Assembly: GCA_047601445.1 (NCBI GenBank)
Contig: JASGJH010000001.1
Coordinates: forward strand, 4,896,001 to 4,960,000
Direction of reading: 5' to 3'
Length of the DNA: 64,000 nucleotides
From: Myxococcales bacterium
GTDB taxonomy: Bacteria; Myxococcota_A; Polyangia; Polyangiales; DASUME01
The position numbers and the translations under genes were made by a program. Below are positions 46,152-56,176 of the stretch, piece after piece. The notes beneath the pieces were generated by a model. It worked only from the letters and a program-made list of their open reading frames with translations. It was not told where the DNA came from and did not search any database. Numbering within the stretch: position 1 is the first letter of the stretch; the number at the start of each line of letters is the position of its first letter.

Positions 46152-47273
46152 ATGAGTGCTACCCCCGTAAGCCTCCTTTCCTCGATGCCCGATCTGGCCG
46201 GGCTCGCACGCCGCCGCTCGTGGGTGGATGCCGTGCGCGGCCTGGGCATCTTGCTGGTCGTCGTGGGCCACGTGTTGCGCGGTCTGATGGCGTCACATCT
46301 GTTGCCCGAAGCTCCGCCGTGGACCTTCCTGGATCGCTTCATCTACGCGTTCCACATGCCGCTGTTCTTCTTCGTGGCGGGCCTGTTCCTGATGCCCGCG
46401 TCGGACGAGCGCTACGCCGACTTCGCGCACCGACGTCTGGTGCGGCTCGGCTACCCGTACCTCGTGTGGGCGAGCCTGCAGACGCTCTCGCAAATCATGC
46501 TCTCGCGCTACACCAACCATCCGGTAGGCGTGGCCGACTTCCTGAAGCTCGGCTTCCACCCTCAGATGCAGTTCTGGTTCTTGTACGCCCTGTTTCTGCA
46601 GGCGCTCTTCCTGGGCCTGTTGGCCAAGCTCGGCCTCGGCCGCGGCGGCATCTTGACCGTGTGCGCGATCGTGTTCGCCAGCATGCACGTGCTGCCGAGT
46701 GGTCACTGGTACCCGCTGAACCAGGCGCGCACTTACCTGATCTACACGGCGATCGGCGTCTACCTGGGCGCGCCCGATCGCATCGTGACGCCCGAGGAGC
46801 GTCATCCCGTGGTCTACCTGGGCGCGGCCGGCCTCGGCTACGTACTGGTCGCGCTGGCGGTCTGGGAACAGCCGATCCCTGCGCAGGATTCCTTGGGGGT
46901 CTTCCTGGTCGCGGCCGTGGGCAGCCTCGCGAGCATCTGCTTGTGTGCCTTCCTGGCCGGATGCCGGGGCCAAGCGGCCCAGGGGGTCACTCTGACCTTG
47001 AAGAGCTGGGGCGAGGCCTCGCTGGCCATCTTCGTGGCGCATACGCTGGCGTCGGCGGCGACGCGCATCGGGCTCGAAAAGGCCCTGCATACGCGGAGCA
47101 TCGCGGTGCATCTGGGGCTCGGCACGCTCGTCGGACTGGGGCTGCCCTGGGGGCTCTACGCGCTGACCCGGCGCTACCACATCCCCTACGTGTTCGAGTG
47201 GCCTAGCGCCCGCAAACAGGCCCGCCCGTCGCTGGTGGAGGAGTCCAACCTTCCGGGCAGCCCGGCTCACTGA
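46152..47273 (+). CDS. Acyltransferase family 3 (membrane O-acyltransferase)
   Basis: WVDAVRGLGILLVVVGH, YAFHMPLFFFVAG, WFLYALF, GEASLAIFVAH and many TMs. Confidence 0.9.
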   Translation: MSATPVSLLSSMPDLAGLARRRSWVDAVRGLGILLVVVGHVLRGLMASHLLPEAPPWTFLDRFIYAFHMPLFFFVAGLFLMPASDERYADFAHRRLVRLGYPYLVWASLQTLSQIMLSRYTNHPVGVADFLKLGFHPQMQFWFLYALFLQALFLGLLAKLGLGRGGILTVCAIVFASMHVLPSGHWYPLNQARTYLIYTAIGVYLGAPDRIVTPEERHPVVYLGAAGLGYVLVALAVWEQPIPAQDSLGVFLVAAVGSLASICLCAFLAGCRGQAAQGVTLTLKSWGEASLAIFVAHTLASAATRIGLEKALHTRSIAVHLGLGTLVGLGLPWGLYALTRRYHIPYVFEWPSARKQARPSLVEESNLPGSPAH

Positions 47274-47292
47274 GACACACTAAGCTCGCGAC

Positions 47293-47799
47293 ATGGACAC
47301 CCAGCTGCTCAATGACGTGGCGGGCGCCACGGACGTCCTCGCCGCGATGATCACGCCGGCCCTGTTGATCTCGGCCAGCGGTACCTTGGTGCTCTCCACT
47401 TCGAACCGCCTGAGCCGCGTGGTCGACCGGGTGCGCGTGCTGACGCGCGACGCGGAGAACCTGGAAGACGCACCGCACGACAAGCGCACCGACGAGAAGC
47501 GCTTCTTGATCGCGAATCAGCTCACCGCCCTGACCAAACGCGCCCTGCTGCTACGCACTGCGCTGGCGGCGCTCTACTCGGCGATCGGCCTGCTGGTGGC
47601 CACCAGCGTGAGCGCCGGCGTGCTGACAATGCTGAAGCTGCGCTGGGTGCTGCCCCCCACGCTGCTCGCGATCAGCGGCTCGTGCGCCCTGCTCTGGGGC
47701 AGCCTGCTGTTGGTGCGCGAGGGGCGACTGGCCATCGGCTCGACACTCGGCGAGATGAGCTATGTGCGCGAGATCATCCACCGCAACGAGCCCCACTAG
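47293..47799 (+). CDS. DUF2721-like membrane protein
   Basis: AMITPALLISASGTLVLSTSNRLSRVVDRVR pattern with three TMs. Confidence 0.75.
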   Translation: MDTQLLNDVAGATDVLAAMITPALLISASGTLVLSTSNRLSRVVDRVRVLTRDAENLEDAPHDKRTDEKRFLIANQLTALTKRALLLRTALAALYSAIGLLVATSVSAGVLTMLKLRWVLPPTLLAISGSCALLWGSLLLVREGRLAIGSTLGEMSYVREIIHRNEPH

Positions 47800-47805
47800 A
47801 CGAAC

Positions 47806-50800
47806 TCAAGGCAGCGAGACGACGAGCTCGCTGGACTCGGCCTGGTCCACCGCGCGGCAGTACTCGGCAAACTCAGGATAGGCGGCGGGCGCCACGCGAC
47901 CGGCCGGCAAGCGCAGGCTGCGGGTGAGCTCCACGCTGTCACCGGTCTGCTTGCTGGAGGACACGAAGCGGGCCTGCAGTGGATGCTCGAGCGTGGTGGT
48001 TTTGGGCGCGGAGATGAGCTTGGTGCCAGCGGGCAGGTTGAAGCGCACCTTGATGTCCGTGGCCTGCGGGGGCGCCACCAGCATGCTGGTGGTGCGGCTG
48101 CTGACCCGTGCGAACTGGGCGGCCAGCTGATTGGGCAACAGCGGGGGCACGCGCAGCTCGTGATCGGTGCGGTGACCCAGCACGTCGACGTCGAGCTGAT
48201 AGTCGATGATCAGGGGCTTCTCGGGTTCGTCGCGCGACTCGATGCTCAGCTTCTTGAGGCGAGCGCCAGGAATGACGCTCGAGAGATAGCTCTCCTCGAA
48301 GCGCGCCTCGAGCTCGGCCGCCGGGATCTCGTCGAGATCGTTACGCCAGCCCACCGCGCCTTGCCCGTGCAGAGCCTCGCGGACATGCACCGCGGCCGAG
48401 CCGGACTTGTCGAGCTGCACGTCCACGGCCACATCGCGCAGGTCCTGCGTCAGTTCACCGCGAGGCGTGGTCACGCGCTCCGCCTGGGCATTGAGCACGA
48501 GGCCGAGTTCACCCCGCACCTGGGGGGGTAGGTAGCCGAAGGGCGCGTGACGCGCCGCCGCGTGCAACCACACTGGGCCCTTCTCGGTCTGGGCCCGCAG
48601 CAGCAGGTAGCCGTAGGTCTCGAGGTCGGGCAAACGCGCGTCGCTGTGATCGGCCTCGATGCCGCGCACCAACACGAGGTCGCTCGGGACATCGGCCAGT
48701 GCCAGCAGGTACTTGAGGATGCGCTCGCGGTGACCGGTGCGCGCCGCGAGCATGGCCGGAGCGAGACCGAACACCTCGTCGGTGGGCTCGATCTGATCGG
48801 TGACCCAGCGATAGATCTTGGCGGCCTTCACGGAGGCGGGCGCGTTCGTCTGGTCGCGCTGGTCGCCAAGGATGGCGACCAGCGCCTGCTTGGCAGCGGG
48901 GTCGACCACGTCCTTGTCGGACAGCAGGTCGCGCAAGCTCTCCACGTAGGCTTCCCAGCTCACCTTCACGCCGAGGTTGATGGAGGGCAAGAACTCGCGT
49001 GAGGCCACGCTCATGGGCTCGGGCTTCAGGGGACGACTCTGGTCAGCGTACCAGCGCAGCACCTTGAGACCACTCTTGGTCTCCACCACCGTCTTGGGCG
49101 CGGGTCCCCGCGGATCGAGCACGGGCTCGAGCCCAGCGGGCGTCACCACCACCAGCTCCGTGTGGTCAAAGGGCACCTCGAAGCTCTTGAAGTAGAAGCG
49201 ATTGCCGAGGTACCCGCCGGGGAAGCCCACCGAGGGGGACTCGCCTCGCACGGTCTCGAACTCCACGTAGTCGCCAGGCGCGAGGTTCGGCAACGAGAGG
49301 CTGGTCTTGCCGGCGATGGCGTCGGGCTCGAGGCGGGTGCCGTCGGCCTTGACGGTGTGCAGGGTGAGCAGACGAGCGCCCTCGGGGATGCTGAACTCGC
49401 CGTTCTCGTCGACCGCCTCCTGGCTCTGCACACGCATGATGTTGTGCGTGAGCTCCACGCTGGAGCCGTCTTCGAACAGGCGGACCACGGTGTAGTCCAG
49501 CACCAGCACCTGAGGTTCCTGATAGTTCTGGCCGGACTTCTCGAAGGCCGCGATGACCTCGGCGCCGTTCTTGCGATAGTCCGCGAACATCGACTCGCCG
49601 CCGAGCGCCTCGTGCACGCGCCGCACGTCGTAGAGCTCGTTGGGATGCTTGCCGAGCGATGCGCCGAGGTACTCGACGGCTGCCTTTTTCTGTTGATCGG
49701 AGAACAGCATGTCCGCGCGGTCGAGAACGGGACCGGGGCGGTCTTCCCACAGCTTGCTGCGGGCCTCGCGCAGGGCGCGCGCGCGCGCCACGTCGCCCAG
49801 CACCTGAGCGCGCTCGAGCTCGCTCTCGATGCGCTGGGATTCGTCGAGCGGGTCGGCCAAGCTGGAAAGGCGCGTCAGCTCGTCGGCGGCTTCGCTGTAC
49901 TTGCGCTGGGCCTTGAGCACGGAGAAACGTGCGGTGGACGTGGCATCGCAGGCGATCATCCGCTCGCTGAGAGCGGCGACTTGGTCGATGCGCCCGCGCG
50001 CCCGCGCCGATGCCAGCGCGATACCGGTCACCGCGCAGGCGTTGGGCAGGCGCCGCTCGAGCTCCTGCACGCGCAAGTCGGCCTCTTCGGTGTAGCCGCG
50101 CTCGCGCAGCTGCTCGATGAGACTCGTGCGGATGACGATCACCTCGGGCCACTGCTCCTGGGCCGCCCGCAGCGAGTCGATGGCTTCCTTGACGCGCCCT
50201 TCGGCGGCCTCGAGGTTGGCGAGGCCCACGCTGGGATACCAGGCGAAGCCGTTCTGACGCCCGGCGCGACGCAACAGCTCGCGCGCGGTGTCGCGCCGCA
50301 GCTCCGCGGGACGCAGCGGGTCGGACACGGCGGCCGCCGCCGAGAGCACGAGCCAATGCGCGCTCGGCTTCTCCTGGGACAGCGCACGCAAGTACTCACG
50401 CGCCAACACGCCATTGCCACGTGCGAGCGCGACCTTGGCGTCGAGATAGCGGGTGAATGCGTCGTTCGGCTCCGGCAGCACCACGTCGGCCGCCTCCTCC
50501 TTGGTACCCGGCGTGAGCGCCAGCGAGACCACGGGGTTGGGGTGCCGCGAGCTGAGCTTCACCTTGAGCTCGTGCTTGCCCGCCGTGAGCTCGAGCGGAA
50601 GGAAGCGCACACCGAAGGCCGGCTGCGCGCGCAGGTCGATGCGCTCGATTTCCTTGCCGTCGAGCCACGCCATCACGCTGTTGGGAGACTCGAGGCGCAG
50701 CGCATAGGCGCCTGCCTTGGCCACGTCGAGTTCGGTCCGCAGATAGCTCGTGCCAGCCCGTGGATTGTGAGCACCACGGCCAGCGCCGAGCACACAGCGC

Positions 50801-51549
50801 CGCGTGTCGAGCTTGCGCGTTGGGGTGTTGCCGCGACCGGGTCCCATGTCGTAGCTGGCCGCAAAGGGGCCGGGGACCTCCGGAGGGAACGCCACGTCGA
50901 AGCCGAGCAGCTCGCGCGGACCGAAGGCTCCAGCGACCTCCGCCTTCTGCACGCAGCCGGCCTCCTTGGCCACGCTCTCGGCTGCCTTGAGATCGCCCGT
51001 CTGCAGCGCGTGTCCAAGCATCAGCATGCGTAGCTGGTGCGCCGCCGCGAGCCCGAGCTTGTCGGCCTGCGGATGGATTTCGGCCAAGAGCGCCTGCATG
51101 CGCTGACGGTAGTCGGGCACGGCGTCGTTCATGTCACCGAGCGAGGCGAGCGCGGCCTCCGCCAACAGCGGCGCCAGCGGCTCAGAATCATTGGGCGCGC
51201 GGCGCAAGAGCTCCGCGAAGGCGGCAAAGGAGAGCTCGGGGTGCCCCTCGAGCACGTGCTCCTCCGCCTCCACGTACAGCAGGCGCAGGCCCTTCGCGCC
51301 AATCTTCTTGGCGTGCGCGAGCGATTCGCGAGCGGCCTCCGGATCGCCCCCGTCACCCAGGTGCTCGGCGATCGCGAGCTCACTCCAGATGACCGGGTCG
51401 TTCTGCGCCTTGCGGGCGCGCTTGCGCAGCTCGTTGAGCGGCGTGTCGCCGGTGACGGTCTGGGTGCGTGCGCCACAGGCGGCAGCGTGCAGTGCCACGA
51501 GCAGCAGTAGAAGGAATACGTGAGGTGCGTTGGGGCGCGGGGACATCAC
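47806..51549 (-). CDS. TPR + DUF3857 + transglutaminase-like lipoprotein lacking the catalytic triad
   Basis: Lipobox AAAC, TPR-like helices and DUF3857-type LPNLAPGDYVEF. GHRERILKY stands where the partner has GDCKDKA. Confidence 0.75.
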   Translation of the reverse strand: MMSPRPNAPHVFLLLLLVALHAAACGARTQTVTGDTPLNELRKRARKAQNDPVIWSELAIAEHLGDGGDPEAARESLAHAKKIGAKGLRLLYVEAEEHVLEGHPELSFAAFAELLRRAPNDSEPLAPLLAEAALASLGDMNDAVPDYRQRMQALLAEIHPQADKLGLAAAHQLRMLMLGHALQTGDLKAAESVAKEAGCVQKAEVAGAFGPRELLGFDVAFPPEVPGPFAASYDMGPGRGNTPTRKLDTRRCVLGAGRGAHNPRAGTSYLRTELDVAKAGAYALRLESPNSVMAWLDGKEIERIDLRAQPAFGVRFLPLELTAGKHELKVKLSSRHPNPVVSLALTPGTKEEAADVVLPEPNDAFTRYLDAKVALARGNGVLAREYLRALSQEKPSAHWLVLSAAAAVSDPLRPAELRRDTARELLRRAGRQNGFAWYPSVGLANLEAAEGRVKEAIDSLRAAQEQWPEVIVIRTSLIEQLRERGYTEEADLRVQELERRLPNACAVTGIALASARARGRIDQVAALSERMIACDATSTARFSVLKAQRKYSEAADELTRLSSLADPLDESQRIESELERAQVLGDVARARALREARSKLWEDRPGPVLDRADMLFSDQQKKAAVEYLGASLGKHPNELYDVRRVHEALGGESMFADYRKNGAEVIAAFEKSGQNYQEPQVLVLDYTVVRLFEDGSSVELTHNIMRVQSQEAVDENGEFSIPEGARLLTLHTVKADGTRLEPDAIAGKTSLSLPNLAPGDYVEFETVRGESPSVGFPGGYLGNRFYFKSFEVPFDHTELVVVTPAGLEPVLDPRGPAPKTVVETKSGLKVLRWYADQSRPLKPEPMSVASREFLPSINLGVKVSWEAYVESLRDLLSDKDVVDPAAKQALVAILGDQRDQTNAPASVKAAKIYRWVTDQIEPTDEVFGLAPAMLAARTGHRERILKYLLALADVPSDLVLVRGIEADHSDARLPDLETYGYLLLRAQTEKGPVWLHAAARHAPFGYLPPQVRGELGLVLNAQAERVTTPRGELTQDLRDVAVDVQLDKSGSAAVHVREALHGQGAVGWRNDLDEIPAAELEARFEESYLSSVIPGARLKKLSIESRDEPEKPLIIDYQLDVDVLGHRTDHELRVPPLLPNQLAAQFARVSSRTTSMLVAPPQATDIKVRFNLPAGTKLISAPKTTTLEHPLQARFVSSSKQTGDSVELTRSLRLPAGRVAPAAYPEFAEYCRAVDQAESSELVVSLP

Positions 51550-54500
51550 TTGGCCTCCCGTGCGAACGCGATGCGCTGTTTCAAAATCTCGTCCGCCTGT
51601 TCGATGAAGCGCCGGAACTCGGGGTAGTCGGCCGCTTCCACCCGATCTACGTCCATCTGGAAGTGGCTGGTGGAGACCACCTCGCCCGCGCTCTTGCGCT
51701 CGCTGCTCACACGCAGGCTGCCGAAGCGGCTCTTTACCTCGCCGCCCGCAGGCAGCGTACGCACGGAGAACCCGGCCGGAGCTCGCACGGTGCGCTCCTC
51801 GCGGTAGGCGTTCTTCACGTTGAGCTCGAGCGGGAACTTGCGCGTGGGCCCGGTGGCCATCTCGCGCAGCAAATCGCGCAGCGAAGTGGCACCGATGCGC
51901 AGCTCGTCGCCCTCGAGGCGCGCTACCTGCGGCGCCTTCAGGCGATAGTCGAGGGTCACGTCGCGCTCCAGCTCGGTGAGTCCATCGACTGCGTGGTGCT
52001 CGAGCGTGAGGCCCGGGTACGACGAAGACAGCTGGCGCTCGAGGCGATCCTTGCGGGTACCTTCGGCCTGGAACGTGTTGCGATAGCGGGCCGCGTCCAC
52101 ACCGGCGATGGTCTCCTTGACCGTCACCTGACCCGCTCCATCGGCGCTCAGCTGGATCTGCAGGTTGCGCGTGCGCAGGTTGGATTCCGGCGGCAGCACC
52201 GGGGTCTTGACCAGCTCGGCCTTCACGTCGGGTCCCACCAACAGGACCATCACGCCCTGATCGCCTCCAGGCAGCTCGCGGGTGCCGCTGTGCTCCGCGG
52301 TGCCATCGAGGAACAGCTTGAGCGAGGGCACGTAGGCGATGGCGTGGTCGAACACGGACAAGGAGGCCGGTTCACTGTCGATGGCGCCGTTCTGGCGCGT
52401 GCGCACCAGGACCACGCGAGCGTCGACGCCTGCCTCGCGCAACATGGTGTAGATCAACGAGGCCTTGTCCTTGCAGTCGCCGAAGCCACGGCGGACCACC
52501 TCGGGCACGCGGTAGGGCAAGAAGCCGTGGATGCCGAACTCGAGCGCCACGTAGCGGGTGTTCTTCACGACCCAGCCGTAGATGCGCTGCACGATCTCGC
52601 GCTCGTCCTTGGCGCCCTTCTTCAGCTCCGCCACGACGTTCTTCAGGTGATCGTCCGCGTACAGCTGATCCTGAATCAGGCCCCAGTACCAGCGACCCAC
52701 GTCCTCCCAGGTCTTGTAGGTGGACACGTGCAGGTACGGAATGACCTCGGTGAGGCCGGGCATGCTGGGCTCGGAGCGCAGCGCCGGGACGTCCTCGGCG
52801 CTGAAGCGATCGACGCGACGCTGGCCCTCCACCTTCCGCTCGTGCTTGAGCGCCGGCATGTTGGGCTTGTTGAAGTAGAACTCGCGTGAGCTCGGCGTGA
52901 TGAGCACGTACTCCACACGCGCGCGCGGCTCGCCGCCCGCCAGCATGTGAAGATCACCGTAGTAGTCGGCGAACACGTTGCGCGGCGCCACGTCGTCGAC
53001 GCGATAGCGCAGCTCCACGCTGTCACCCGGCTCGAGATCGGGGAACACCACCACCAGCGCGCGCGTGTCGTAGTACACGCGGTACCAGGGCTCGCCGAGC
53101 TGCTGCTCGTAAGTCTCGGTGGCGTCCAGCACCTGGCCGTTCTCGCGGTGCACGCGAGCCAGGCGGATATCGACGCGCTGGGTCTCGGGGTCGAACTGGA
53201 TGGAGCGGGCGCGCATGCGGCGTGCTCCCTCGGCATCATGGACCTGGGCCGCGAACTGCACGAAGCGCGAGCCGAGACCGTTCTCGAACACCGTGTTCAC
53301 GGTGAGGTCCTGCAGCACGCTCACCGGGTGATTGCTGGTGCTCTTGCGGCGCTTGAGGATGGCCTCGCTGTCCTCGGCGAAGGCCTCGTCGACGCGCTTC
53401 TCGGGCACGATCTGCTCGAGCAGCTCGCGCGTCTCGGCGTCTTGTGGGGAGTACTTCAGCGCGGTGCGGAAGCTCTCGGCGGCGGCGTCGGTCTGGCCGG
53501 CCCTGAGCAGCGCTCGCCCGTAGCGCACGTGACCGACAGCGCTCTCGGGGGCGATGTCGATCACGGACTTGAGCGTGGCGAGCCGCAAATCCTCGCGGCC
53601 GATGGCGTCGTAGGCTTCGGCCACGAAGAACAGGCGCTTCTCGTCACCAGGGAACAGCGCACGCAGCGCGTCCAAATGCTCCATGGCCTCGGTCTCGCGA
53701 TCGCGGGCCACGGCATCCTCGAGCAGGATGCGGCGCGCCGGCAGGTGATCGTAGCGCTTCGCGAGCAGCGTCTTGGCGAGCTCGATCAGCTCGTCCTGAT
53801 GGGGATCACTCGCGAGCACGTCGAGCATGCGAGAGTCGAAGGACTCCGCGCGCGGAGCTTGCTTGTGCGCCTCGCGCACCAACACGGCAGCGCTGTCGTC
53901 GAGTCCGAGCTGACTCAAGAGCGCGCTCTTGGCCTTGGCCTTGTCTAGGCCGATGGCGCCGGTGTCCGGCAAGGCATCGAGCATCGCGAGAGCCGTCTCG
54001 CCAGACGGGCCCTGACTCACGAGCTGCGCGTGGGCGAGCACTACGTCGGGATCGTTGGGCGCGAGCGCACGGGCTTTGCCCACGAAGCGCAGCTTCTCGT
54101 AGCGTTCGTCGGCCAGGCTGCTCGCGAGCAGCCAGCGCGAGGCCGTGGGCTCGAGCTCGGCGGCCCGCCGCGCGAGCTGTTGAGCACGTCGCTCGGCCGG
54201 ATCGTCGGCGCCGGAGAACCAGAGAAAGCGAGCCAGGTTCTCGAGATCCTGGGCCTTGGGCTTGGGCTTGTTGGCAGCTTCCTCGAGCTGATGCAGGACG
54301 CTCTTGGGACCCGCCGCCGGCTTCTTCGGCGGCTCGGCCTTGGTCAGGGCCTCGATCTTGAGGGGATTGGCCCGCAACGTGAGAGGCTGACCGCGCGCAT
54401 CGCCCACGCGTAGGTAGAAGCCCCAGCTTCCGCTGGTGACGCAGCTCTTCACCAGGATGCGGTTCTCGCCTTGCTTGGCCTGCACCAGCGCCACATCGCG

Positions 54501-55235
54501 GTCGGGACTGGGCGCGCGATAGGCCGCGTCGGAGAGCACCTCGACGCCGTTGAAGTAGAGCTTGCTCGCCCCGCCCGCGCCCAACCACAGGGTGATGGGG
54601 CCGGCCTTGTCGGCATGCAGGCTGGTCTCGGCGAACCCGCACACGTTCTCGGTCGGACGGAACACGGCATCGAAGCTCACGTAGCCGCCCTGCACGATGT
54701 CGGGCATCGAACGAAAGCGCACGTCGCGCTCACGGCCCTTGTAGACGGCCGCCGAGCTCGGGGGCGCAAACCGGTCGGTCTCGGGCCCGAGTTCGGTGCC
54801 AAAGCCGCGCTTGCCCTCGTTGTCGAAGGGCCCCACCACGCGGAAGGCGCGCAAGTATCCGAGCGCGTCGAAGGCCGCCACCGAGCCTGGCACGTCGCCC
54901 GTGCGACGCAGGTCCCAAGCCACCCGGCGCGCCGCGAACACGCGATGCTGCGGGTCGAGGTTAGGCGCGTCGGCAAGCTTGCGGAACGCGGCGAGGGACA
55001 CCTCGGGATCGGCATCGTCCGCACGGCGTACCATCTGCAGCAGCTCGAGCTGAGCCGCCGGCTCCTTGCCATGCGCGAGCGCCGCGGTGGCGCTCTTCTG
55101 TTGTCGTTCGTCGTAGGCCGAGTCTGCGCGCGCGCTCGACCACGCGAACACGTTCGCCAGCGAGAGCAGCGCAAATACGAGCAGGAAACGGCTTACGAAC
55201 CGCTGAAGACGTCGCATGTGACTCCGGAAGAACAC
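51546..55235 (-). CDS. TPR + DUF3857 + transglutaminase-like protein with intact Cys-His-Asp triad
   Basis: Signal peptide (start may be ATG 55217), TPRs, FPDLEPGDSVELRY, RYVALEFG, FGDCKDKA, FDHAIAY and FLDGT. Confidence 0.88.
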   Translation of the reverse strand: MFFRSHMRRLQRFVSRFLLVFALLSLANVFAWSSARADSAYDERQQKSATAALAHGKEPAAQLELLQMVRRADDADPEVSLAAFRKLADAPNLDPQHRVFAARRVAWDLRRTGDVPGSVAAFDALGYLRAFRVVGPFDNEGKRGFGTELGPETDRFAPPSSAAVYKGRERDVRFRSMPDIVQGGYVSFDAVFRPTENVCGFAETSLHADKAGPITLWLGAGGASKLYFNGVEVLSDAAYRAPSPDRDVALVQAKQGENRILVKSCVTSGSWGFYLRVGDARGQPLTLRANPLKIEALTKAEPPKKPAAGPKSVLHQLEEAANKPKPKAQDLENLARFLWFSGADDPAERRAQQLARRAAELEPTASRWLLASSLADERYEKLRFVGKARALAPNDPDVVLAHAQLVSQGPSGETALAMLDALPDTGAIGLDKAKAKSALLSQLGLDDSAAVLVREAHKQAPRAESFDSRMLDVLASDPHQDELIELAKTLLAKRYDHLPARRILLEDAVARDRETEAMEHLDALRALFPGDEKRLFFVAEAYDAIGREDLRLATLKSVIDIAPESAVGHVRYGRALLRAGQTDAAAESFRTALKYSPQDAETRELLEQIVPEKRVDEAFAEDSEAILKRRKSTSNHPVSVLQDLTVNTVFENGLGSRFVQFAAQVHDAEGARRMRARSIQFDPETQRVDIRLARVHRENGQVLDATETYEQQLGEPWYRVYYDTRALVVVFPDLEPGDSVELRYRVDDVAPRNVFADYYGDLHMLAGGEPRARVEYVLITPSSREFYFNKPNMPALKHERKVEGQRRVDRFSAEDVPALRSEPSMPGLTEVIPYLHVSTYKTWEDVGRWYWGLIQDQLYADDHLKNVVAELKKGAKDEREIVQRIYGWVVKNTRYVALEFGIHGFLPYRVPEVVRRGFGDCKDKASLIYTMLREAGVDARVVLVRTRQNGAIDSEPASLSVFDHAIAYVPSLKLFLDGTAEHSGTRELPGGDQGVMVLLVGPDVKAELVKTPVLPPESNLRTRNLQIQLSADGAGQVTVKETIAGVDAARYRNTFQAEGTRKDRLERQLSSSYPGLTLEHHAVDGLTELERDVTLDYRLKAPQVARLEGDELRIGATSLRDLLREMATGPTRKFPLELNVKNAYREERTVRAPAGFSVRTLPAGGEVKSRFGSLRVSSERKSAGEVVSTSHFQMDVDRVEAADYPEFRRFIEQADEILKQRIAFAREAK

Positions 55236-55377
55236 TCATTCGAGATGACTCGCAACTCGCGTTCGCGACCCAGCGTAGCCCTCTCGTCCGATGGGAACAA
55301 GGAATCGGCAGCAAGCGCGCTGGTGCCTTTTTTCAGGGGGCTTGCGCGTGGGCGAATAAAAGGACGTATGCGTGCGT

Positions 55378-56166
55378 TCAGGGCGTGAGCCTGGCGAGGG
55401 GAAGACCGCGCGCACGACTCGGCTCCTGGAACAGGGTCGGGTCGCAGAGGAGCTCGGCGAGCGCGCGATCGAGCACTGTTCTGAGCTCGGAGCGGCAATC
55501 GGTCTCACACGTTACGGGCACCACCACCAGGGTGCCCAGCATGTCGTCGCGCCCGAGCACCAGATGCTCGAACAACGCGTGTCCGAAGGGGACTGCGCGG
55601 GCGACCCGCGCCTCGAACCACGGCGCGAGTGCGCGCTCGAAGGCCTCGGGATCGTCCGGCAATGCTGCCGCGTGAGCGCTCGGCAAGGCCACCAGGATGC
55701 CCCCTTCGTCGAGCAGGGAGAGCGCGTCCTGCTCGCGCGTACGTGCCCCGGGCAAGCGCCGGGCATGGGGCGCGATGCGCGCCTGCAAGAGCCGATATTG
55801 GCGCGCGTGGAGTGCCCACTTGGCCGCGGGAAAAGCCAAAAAAGCCAGGGCGTTGAAGAAATCGTGCCAGTCGTCGAGCCGGGTCGGCACCTGCCCGCGC
55901 TCCACGATGCGCCCTTCGTACAGCTCGCCCAGCACCACCGGGCTCGTGCGGGTGCGCCGCCGCGGCTTTTTGGCGGGCGCGCTCGCGAACGTGAGTGCGG
56001 GCACCCCCGCACGCGGAGCCAGCTCCGCGTGCAGCTGGGTCCAGACCTCCGGCGCGGGAAATTCTTCACCTTGCGTGACCCGCGACAGCATGGGCTCCAA
56101 CCAGGCGTACCAGGGACTCTCCAGGAACACCTGGCGCGAGAAGCCACGCGCGTGAGACAGCGCCAC
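55378..56166 (-). CDS. DUF3025 family protein
   Basis: VPTR.DDWHDFFNAL..LAFP..K.ALHARQ, DALSLLDEGG and FGHALFEH. Confidence 0.8.
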   Translation of the reverse strand: MALSHARGFSRQVFLESPWYAWLEPMLSRVTQGEEFPAPEVWTQLHAELAPRAGVPALTFASAPAKKPRRRTRTSPVVLGELYEGRIVERGQVPTRLDDWHDFFNALAFLAFPAAKWALHARQYRLLQARIAPHARRLPGARTREQDALSLLDEGGILVALPSAHAAALPDDPEAFERALAPWFEARVARAVPFGHALFEHLVLGRDDMLGTLVVVPVTCETDCRSELRTVLDRALAELLCDPTLFQEPSRARGLPLARLTP

Positions 56167-56176
56167 CGATGCGTCC

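Noticed and set aside
45698..47206. 502-aa ORF spanning the tandem repeat
   Set aside because: Arg/Pro-rich translation of the repeat plus an off-frame reading of the acyltransferase; no recognisable motifs.
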